64,000 bases of DNA from an uncultured virus (IMG/VR IMGVR_UViG_650716090_000002) (lineage: Duplodnaviria > Heunggongvirae > Uroviricota > Caudoviricetes). Location: IMG/VR virus record IMGVR_UViG_650716090_000002, one strand, 5' to 3'. A program made the translations under genes and the position numbers. Position 1 is the first letter of the stretch; each line of letters opens with the position of its first letter. The notes under the pieces are model-generated. The model did not search any database. It worked only from the letters and a program-made list of their open reading frames with translations, and was not told where the DNA came from. Shown here piece after piece: positions 21,252-27,546 of this stretch.

Positions 21252-21726
21252 CAGAAATAGCCTCCTTGATTTTATTCATCAAGTTCGAAATCTTATCGTC
21301 TTGTCCTTCATCGCCACCAACTTGTAATTTAAGTTTATCGATTTCAAGTTGCATTTTTTCTGCTTGTTTAGATGTTGGATAACGCTTAAGAATTTCAACT
21401 ATCGCTTTAATAACTGTGTTATTGTCAGGCTTTTTATATATCCGACTAACTTCTCCAGTTATTGGGTTCATCATTAGAATTTCTTCTTCACGCTTACCTT
21501 TTGCGATGTCAGAAAGTATCGATAAAGCTTCAGTAGCTGTTAAAATGTTTTCAGACTGCATCTTCTCGACTTGATTTTCAATATATGATTTTATCCCTAC
21601 ATTTCCCAACAATTCTTTTGATCGTTTGTTTGCATAATTTTCACTATAACCAGCTTTAATTGCTGATTGGTAAGCATTCCCAGAAGCGATATACTCATCT
21701 GCGAATTGTCTTTGTCTTTCGTTTAT
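21238..21726 (-). CDS. terS: Terminase small subunit (likely ATA start)
   Basis: (I)NERQRQFADEYIASGNAYQSAIKAGYS HTH in frame upstream of the tracked ORF; GAAAGGAG RBS. Confidence 0.85.
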   Translation of the reverse strand: MNERQRQFADEYIASGNAYQSAIKAGYSENYANKRSKELLGNVGIKSYIENQVEKMQSENILTATEALSILSDIAKGKREEEILMMNPITGEVSRIYKKPDNNTVIKAIVEILKRYPTSKQAEKMQLEIDKLKLQVGGDEGQDDKISNLMNKIKEAISDEPI

Positions 21727-21752
21727 TTTCTATCACTCCTTTCAATGCATAA

Positions 21753-21777
21753 TAAAAAGCCACTCAATGAGTGACTA
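21753..21777 (-). terminator. Intrinsic terminator ending the non-coding leader upstream of terS
   Basis: AGTCACTC-ATT-GAGTGGCT followed by TTTTATT on the minus strand; identical at 59334-59357. Confidence 0.7.
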
Positions 21778-21910
21778 AGTATGCGATATGTCAGTGCTTC
21801 CCTGACTATTACAGTTATATAGCGCTACTTTTGTAATATCCTAAGGGTTATCAGCCCGATGCTAAATATCGCCTTATATCAATTCGTGAGAGCTACTCAC
21901 ATTAATATAA

Positions 21911-22013
21911 TAGGAACAGTCGGAATCGAACCGACACTATCTCGTATAGGAAGCTATCCTATGAGCACGTATATCTATCCACGTATCAGTATTCCTCACT
22001 GATTTACATTCCT
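21911..22013 (-). ncRNA. Non-canonical tRNA-like cloverleaf RNA
   Basis: Acceptor AGGAATG/TGTTCCT, T-arm GTCGG-TTCGATT-CCGAC and three further hairpins; conserved at 59436-59538. Confidence 0.7.
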
Positions 22014-22018
22014 AACAA

Positions 22019-22165
22019 CTTCCCTCATCTTACACAATAGGCTAGTCATCCTATTTATGTGTGACAATGTATGACACTGGAAGTACAGTCAACCCCACTC
22101 GGCTTCAGCCCGTCAGCGGTTTTACCAATCGTCATTGGAAGGGATATGACTATCAACCTCAGTAA
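22019..22165 (-). ncRNA. Pseudoknotted multibranch structured RNA (unknown)
   Basis: Several hairpins plus loop ATGACTA pairing with TAGTCAT; conserved at 59544-59690 with changes mostly in loops. Confidence 0.55.
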
Positions 22166-22226
22166 TATAAACTAAGCAAGCAATCGCTCCCTAGATACGA
22201 TAGTCGGACAATGTCTGGACTATCTA

Positions 22227-22297
22227 CAGACCTTGTAAGAATCGAACTCACGATAACTGGTTTGGAGTCAGTTGTGTTACCACTACACCAAAGGCCT
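22227..22297 (-). tRNA. tRNA-Trp (CCA anticodon), no encoded 3' CCA
   Basis: AGGCCTT/AAGGTCT acceptor; GTGT-AGTGGTA-ACAC D-arm; anticodon loop CTCCAAA; T-arm GTGAG-TTCGATT-CTTAC. Confidence 0.9.
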
Positions 22298-22301
22298 ATA
22301 A

Positions 22302-22342
22302 CAACCACTGCACGAATCGAACGTGCGTCGCCAGTATGGTTA
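22302..22342 (-). ncRNA. Anticodon-less mini-tRNA (acceptor plus T-arm)
   Basis: AACCAT-ACTGGCGAC-GCACG-TTCGATT-CGTGC-A-GTGGTT. Confidence 0.65.
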
Positions 22343-22379
22343 CAGCAAATATCTAAAGCGGTCTCTTTTCAGGACCTGA

Positions 22380-22426
22380 TGAGCATAGCAGGATTCAAAC
22401 CTGCGATACTCCCGATAGATATCTCA
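22380..22426 (-). ncRNA. Anticodon-less mini-tRNA (slightly degenerate)
   Basis: TGAGATA...GG...GCAGG-TTTGAAT-CCTGC-TATGCTCA; perfect version at 59827-59874. Confidence 0.55.
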
Positions 22427-22429
22427 GCC

Positions 22430-22511
22430 AAATAGTAAGTTCGATTTATAATATGGTAATCGTCTAATCATATGTAGACCAGTTGTTAATTGTTATCTCT
22501 TCTTACTATTT
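22430..22511 (-). ncRNA. 5'-terminal multibranch RNA module of the late leader
   Basis: 10-bp closing stem AAATAGTAAG/CTTACTATTT with internal hairpins; conserved at 59906-59987. Confidence 0.5.
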
Positions 22512-22564
22512 CAATAATACTATATTACTAAATTAAATAGTATTTGTGAGTAATAGTTAGTCAA

Positions 22565-22999
22565 TTATAATACTATAGTAGTATTATTTAGTAAATCATT
22601 AAGATTTTCTATCGCTTTCCTCTTGATTGTATAGTATGTGTTGCGATTCATTTCCAATCTATCTATTGCTTCATCATAAGTTTGACAGTTAACAAACGTA
22701 GTTACCAACACATGCCGTTGAGTTATGTCAGGAAGTTGCATAATCATTTGAATGATATTGCCTTTTCGTCTGTCAAGCTCTCCAATCTGTTCAGCGTAGT
22801 ATTCACCTTTAATGATATTGTTGATATTTTTGTCAGTCTGTGATTGCTTAATCCCTCCTTGGACTTTCATATCAGACCACTGTGGACTAGACAACACAGA
22901 TTGACTGCTAGTCATATCTCTTTCAAGCTCTTTAATTAATTTTGGTATTACCCTTAATTCTTTTAACAACATATCAGCTTTTGTCTGATTTCGCCCCAT
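22565..22999 (-). CDS. Late transcriptional activator (RinA/ArpU-like)
   Basis: Sigma70 region 4-like C-terminal HTH; last early gene before the terminase region. Confidence 0.75.
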   Translation of the reverse strand: MGRNQTKADMLLKELRVIPKLIKELERDMTSSQSVLSSPQWSDMKVQGGIKQSQTDKNINNIIKGEYYAEQIGELDRRKGNIIQMIMQLPDITQRHVLVTTFVNCQTYDEAIDRLEMNRNTYYTIKRKAIENLNDLLNNTTIVL

Positions 23000-23227
23000 T
23001 TATTGCACTCCTTATGGTATAATATAGTTATCAACTAATACCAGAGCGCTCTTTCGTGGGGCGCTTTTTGTTGTCTTATCGAAACCTCTCTTTTATTTAT
23101 TTTTGGACAGGCACACAATCCGTATTGAAATTCTCACAATGCCTTATTTAATTTCAGATAACCGATAATCTGATTTAGATTTAGTATTTATGACGTAAGG
23201 AGACCTCCATTTTTTAATTTCGGTTAA

Positions 23228-23269
23228 TACCAACCGAGCGAATCGAACGCTCGTGATACCTTTGTTGGT
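23228..23269 (-). ncRNA. Anticodon-less mini-tRNA
   Basis: ACCAAC-AAAGGTATCA-CGAGCG-TTCGATT-CGCTCG-GTTGGT-A; T-stem covaries with 60710-60751. Confidence 0.7.
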
Positions 23270-23514
23270 CATAATTCCCTCACTGATACCCAAACATTAT
23301 CTGGATAATTCTCCATTGATTTTTCTTTACTGATTAAACAATCACGTTGGTAATTATGATTGTTCAACAGAATTTCACTAGCAAGTGTTTTTGGTACATC
23401 GATTGTTTCGGGTCCTACTTTTTGACCGTTTACATATTCTTTTAGGTTTTTAAACGTGTAATCAGTTTCTGTCTCACTGACTATTACCGCCCCTAACCAA
23501 TCTGGTTCGTTCAT
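23269..23514 (-). CDS. Hypothetical phage protein
   Basis: Near-identical to 61501-61746. Confidence 0.7.
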   Translation of the reverse strand: MNEPDWLGAVIVSETETDYTFKNLKEYVNGQKVGPETIDVPKTLASEILLNNHNYQRDCLISKEKSMENYPDNVWVSVREL

Positions 23515-23684
23515 TTTATTTCCTCCAAACTAACCCATTTAAACTGTGGAAACTGTTCTGCTTCTTTGCGTGTTAATAACATAGCATTGTTAAAATCATC
23601 TACTCCAAAACATAAACCGCTTTTTGTATCAATGTCTACATACTGACCATTTATACTTTTCAATACTCCTAATTCTTCGTTCAT
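23511..23684 (-). CDS. Hypothetical protein, MNEELGV...TRKEAEQFPQF family
   Basis: Ends shared with two ORFs in prophage 2. Confidence 0.65.
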   Translation of the reverse strand: MNEELGVLKSINGQYVDIDTKSGLCFGVDDFNNAMLLTRKEAEQFPQFKWVSLEEIK

Positions 23685-23855
23685 TTTTTCCACCTCTTTA
23701 ATCTTCGAATTTCTCTAAAAATGAGAAGCACATAAAGAAACTAACCATACCTAGTGGTCCACTAAGAACTCCCAAACTTAGACCAAATAAGGCCAATGTG
23801 AATATAACTAATAAATTAACAAAAATAGATAATACAAAAGCTTTTAAAAATATAC

Positions 23856-24428
23856 TCATTCCGTCACCTCTTTCTTCCATTGCCACAAACGTTCGTCAGC
23901 TTCTTTAATTTCTTTTTCGGTCAGGTCATCTTCAAATTTATAGCTACTAATTTTTGACTCTGAAGGAGTCTCATTTTCTCCAATCAATTTGTATCTTACA
24001 TGATTATCAGATGTCATTTTAAAAAGTGTGCATCCTAAAACATTTACAGTGTACAACTTCTCTTTTTCGACTGTGTAGCCGTAAAGCCATGCTTTTGCTA
24101 TAATTTCTGTGTAATCACTTTCTTGTTGCTTGATATATAAACTTAATTCAACATCGTCAAAAACGTTCTCTAAAGCATGAGATAACCTGCATCCCTGTTC
24201 CTTATATTTTTCTATCCAATCAGCCACAAATTTCGGCACTACAGGTTTTGGTTGGTCGATGTCTGTTGTCACTTTTTCCCATTTCGGATTAACACTAATT
24301 GTCCTAGCTAATGTATTTATTTTTAGAGTAGTTGTATTTTCTATGTCGCACATATTCTCAATATCTATTGCTTCGATATAGCCGTAGAGTGAAACTTTTT
24401 GACCTATTTTTAAATCTTCAATCTTCAT
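23856..24428 (-). CDS. DUF1642-type phage protein
   Basis: KPVVPKFVADWIE...AKAWLYGYTVEKEKLY. Confidence 0.8.
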   Translation of the reverse strand: MKIEDLKIGQKVSLYGYIEAIDIENMCDIENTTTLKINTLARTISVNPKWEKVTTDIDQPKPVVPKFVADWIEKYKEQGCRLSHALENVFDDVELSLYIKQQESDYTEIIAKAWLYGYTVEKEKLYTVNVLGCTLFKMTSDNHVRYKLIGENETPSESKISSYKFEDDLTEKEIKEADERLWQWKKEVTE

Positions 24429-24660
24429 TTGTAATTACCTCAAAAAATATTTCACCGCATTTATTGCATTCAAGCCTATAACCTGATTTGTCAATCACTA
24501 CTTTATAAAAATGATTATGATTATCATTGCTATTTAGTCGCTCATACGAAAAACGAATATGCTCTAAAAAATCTTCAACATTAATTACTGCATATCCATT
24601 ACTGTCAGTTCTAAACTTTAAATATTCGACTAGTATTTGTTCAATGTCTTCAATGTTCAT
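24418..24660 (-). CDS. Hypothetical protein with CxxC
   Basis: ORF with RBS in the early operon. Confidence 0.6.
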   Translation of the reverse strand: MNIEDIEQILVEYLKFRTDSNGYAVINVEDFLEHIRFSYERLNSNDNHNHFYKVVIDKSGYRLECNKCGEIFFEVITNED

Positions 24661-25043
24661 TTGCTACCTCGCTTTTTATTAAAACATGGACTTAAATTAT
24701 GATATTTCCTGTCATTAAGCGACGGCTCTGAAACAGTAACAACAATTACATTTCCATCGATCACGATGGGAGCTGTTACGAATACCGCATTTCCACCAAA
24801 ACATGCTAAGTTTTTTATACCTTTCATCAAATGTTCAAAAGTTTCTTGGTTTTTGTCTGTTTTCAAATCAGGCTCATCTAATCTAAAATCGTTTTCGTCC
24901 ATTAAATATATCTGATCTTTGAGTAAGCAATTTAATTCTTCTGTGTCTCTATACCTATTAAAAAAATCTATATTTCCGATTCCGTCGGTATAGCCTCTAA
25001 CCCATACTGGTATCCTACCTCTTCCTAAATCTTCAATCTTCAT
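24657..25043 (-). CDS. Hypothetical phage protein
   Basis: ORF with GGAGG RBS. Confidence 0.6.
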   Translation of the reverse strand: MKIEDLGRGRIPVWVRGYTDGIGNIDFFNRYRDTEELNCLLKDQIYLMDENDFRLDEPDLKTDKNQETFEHLMKGIKNLACFGGNAVFVTAPIVIDGNVIVVTVSEPSLNDRKYHNLSPCFNKKRGSK

Positions 25044-25223
25044 TTGCTACCTCCTTCTTTTTCAATATGTAATAAAGGTGTTCTTCAAATTCGTTCATCA
25101 GCATCAACCTCAGCAAAATAATCTTTAACTTCTTGAATAATTTTAATTGCTATATCCTCAGCGTTATTTAATTGCGATAAAGTGTCACCTCTATCATTGT
25201 TTGCGATTTTATCAGAGTAATAA

Positions 25224-25445
25224 TCAAGAGATTTTAATAATTCTTCTTTTGCCATCCCCTATCCCCGCAGTCTTATCAGCTGATTCTTCACTTACTTTTT
25301 TAAGCTGATACTGCGTTCTGTTTAGTTGTCTAGTTAAGCCGTCTAGTTGAGGTTGCACAGACATCTTGCCTAAATTAAAGCTGACAAACAGCATTCCAAT
25401 CCAGAAGATTGTCATTAGTAAATATGTGTAGTATTTGCGATTCAT
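25224..25445 (-). CDS. Small membrane/coiled-coil phage protein
   Basis: N-terminal TM segment. Confidence 0.55.
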   Translation of the reverse strand: MNRKYYTYLLMTIFWIGMLFVSFNLGKMSVQPQLDGLTRQLNRTQYQLKKVSEESADKTAGIGDGKRRIIKIS

Positions 25446-25624
25446 TCTTGTACCTCTACTAAGATATAAGTTCTATCTGCGTTAAACTGCTCGTATCTAA
25501 CAACTTGATAACTTACAACCCTTACGTTTGATAGTTCGTTTTTAGAAATAAAATCATTTAAATCATTTACTGCTTTGCTATCATTTCCATGCTCACCATC
25601 ATAAAATTCAATATATTTCTTCAT
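25442..25624 (-). CDS. Hypothetical phage protein
   Basis: Coupled ORF. Confidence 0.6.
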   Translation of the reverse strand: MKKYIEFYDGEHGNDSKAVNDLNDFISKNELSNVRVVSYQVVRYEQFNADRTYILVEVQE

Positions 25625-25626
25625 TC

Positions 25627-26037
25627 TTACACACTTTCTAGTAAGTCAGGGTACTCGTGAATGTTGCCTATAACCTCGATGTAATACTGCTCACTGATGT
25701 CAAATAGTCCGTTATTTACTTGCCCGTCTATGTACCACATGTAAAGATCGTCCAAACCACAAATAGTTCCAATTCCACCATCTGGGAAATCAGTTCTTTC
25801 GTCACCATCAGTCACCCTGACAATATCCCCCTCAAAAATTTCCACACCGTTTTTATCAAACAGTCCTGTTGATTGCATCAAATGGTACTCACCATCATTT
25901 AATATCGTCGTAAAAAATTCATCAAATTTATTACCCATAGGTGAGCAATGTGCAACGAGGTTGTTTTTTGTCCAAAATAAACCTCTAACTCCACGCATAA
26001 TCTGTTGATTCTTATCCCAAGCCCTAAACTTAATCAT
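25627..26037 (-). CDS. YopX family protein
   Basis: MIKFRAWDK...LMQSTGLFDKNGVEIFEGDIV...EVIGNIHE. Confidence 0.9.
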   Translation of the reverse strand: MIKFRAWDKNQQIMRGVRGLFWTKNNLVAHCSPMGNKFDEFFTTILNDGEYHLMQSTGLFDKNGVEIFEGDIVRVTDGDERTDFPDGGIGTICGLDDLYMWYIDGQVNNGLFDISEQYYIEVIGNIHEYPDLLESV

Positions 26038-26321
26038 TCCACTTCCTCACTTTCTATAAATATTTCCATTCGGTCATAAGAACTTCCAGGCATACTACTC
26101 CATTTTTCAATCTGTTCGCTTGGGACTTCATAGTCACCATCGTAATAATCTGTTCCACGATATACTGAGCTATCCCAATCATCGTACGTTCCATCTTTGT
26201 ACCATGCTGTAATTACTTCATCACCTGATAATATTAATACATGGATATAGTCAATATTTTCAATATCACCAATATCGACTTTTGTTCTTTCGTCTTTGTA
26301 ATCAACAATGTCAATAATCAT
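26034..26321 (-). CDS. Hypothetical acidic protein
   Basis: Coupled ORF, very Asp/Glu-rich. Confidence 0.65.
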   Translation of the reverse strand: MIIDIVDYKDERTKVDIGDIENIDYIHVLILSGDEVITAWYKDGTYDDWDSSVYRGTDYYDGDYEVPSEQIEKWSSMPGSSYDRMEIFIESEEVE

Positions 26322-26686
26322 TTCACTTCCTCCAAAAATTCTAAATAGCGTGGGTCAATAGCTTTAATTTCTGCTCGTGTGAATTTGGTTTTATACGCTG
26401 TGCTTTCATGATATATATCAAGCTCTTTTAAACCTGTGTTTTTGTTAATATTTAAATAACCATCATCACTATCAATTAGCTTCACATAATACAAAGGCTC
26501 TTCAACTTCCCATTTACCATCAAGGATGGCTTGGGTTGCTTTTAACCTAGATTTACTAGTTTTAAAAGTTTTTGGTAATGTTCCTTCACCGCTATAAAAA
26601 AACCCTATCACTTGTAATTTTCCAATATTGCTATCAACACTAAACTTACTTAATACTTCATCTTCCCATTTCGTCAACTTAATCAT
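26318..26686 (-). CDS. Hypothetical phage protein (DUF1642-like C-terminus)
   Basis: WEVEEPLYYVKL...KFTRAEI. Confidence 0.6.
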   Translation of the reverse strand: MIKLTKWEDEVLSKFSVDSNIGKLQVIGFFYSGEGTLPKTFKTSKSRLKATQAILDGKWEVEEPLYYVKLIDSDDGYLNINKNTGLKELDIYHESTAYKTKFTRAEIKAIDPRYLEFLEEVK

Positions 26687-26924
26687 TTAAAACCTCCATT
26701 AAATTCCTCATGCGAGTAATAACATTTTTATCTGGTAAATCTTCCTCGTTATATAACCGATTAGCTTTATTTGCTGAAACATTTAGCATTTTGCCAATCT
26801 CTACATAGTTATCAGTATTTAACCAATCTTTAAAATTCCTTAGTTCGTCCAATGGTGTTAAATACTGCTTGTTGGTGACGGTTACTGCGAACTTTGTTTT
26901 TAATTTATTACTTCCTGTAGTCAT
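26679..26924 (-). CDS. Small HTH-like protein
   Basis: Coupled ORF. Confidence 0.55.
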   Translation of the reverse strand: MTTGSNKLKTKFAVTVTNKQYLTPLDELRNFKDWLNTDNYVEIGKMLNVSANKANRLYNEEDLPDKNVITRMRNLMEVLND

Positions 26925-27370
26925 AATTCTGTAATTTCAACCTCAATTCTAGGATTAGGACTGTATACCTTTTTTGCAACCAGATAGCAGATAATGTTGT
27001 CGTCTGACCAAACATTTTTTGCTTTTGTGATACTGTCAAAAACAGACTTTACTAGATTATCAATATCAGGAAGCTTGTCGTGCCATATAAGCTCGTTTAT
27101 AAACTTAATGAACTTTTCCTTGGTTGATTGTCTTGAACGCTGTGACGGCTCTTTTTTGAGCTTCTCAGGGGCTTCCATGAAGAAAGTGACATCTACTTTT
27201 ATTGGTGTCTCGTAAAATGGCCCTTTGTAAATATTTTTGACTAGCATTGTGCAAGCACGTCGCCAAACTCTCATATTCCTATCTTCTCTGACAACAATGC
27301 GATTGTTTTTTATTGATGATCGTGGTCTACTCTGTGGTTTTGGTTCTATCGGTATTATTAATTTGGTCAT
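26921..27370 (-). CDS. rusA: RusA-family Holliday junction resolvase
   Basis: PKPQSRPR...PDIDNLVKSVFD...DDNII...KVYSPNPRIEVEI. Confidence 0.9.
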   Translation of the reverse strand: MTKLIIPIEPKPQSRPRSSIKNNRIVVREDRNMRVWRRACTMLVKNIYKGPFYETPIKVDVTFFMEAPEKLKKEPSQRSRQSTKEKFIKFINELIWHDKLPDIDNLVKSVFDSITKAKNVWSDDNIICYLVAKKVYSPNPRIEVEITEL

Positions 27371-27546
27371 TGTTTTCAAAATTTAAATGCACTTGCCTTG
27401 TATATCTGTGAGAATATTTTGGCAAAGACAAGTGCGAAATTCCTTATTCATCAGTCCTGTTAAACTTGACGTTAAGAAAATAAGTTTCCTTTCTTGCTAG
27501 GGCGATTTAATACTGCAAAGGCCTAGCTTCACTTTGCAATAAGTTC

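Noticed and set aside
22171..22226. HDV-like (theta) ribozyme after the tRNA
   Set aside because: Folds as two simple hairpins; no nested double pseudoknot is evident.
22211..22435. 74-aa plus-strand ORF
   Set aside because: Antisense shadow of the tRNA and mini-tRNAs; not conserved in prophage 2.
27425..27495. Hammerhead ribozyme (GAAAC...GTC...CTGATGA on the minus strand)
   Set aside because: Core words are present, but stems I and II cannot be formed around them.
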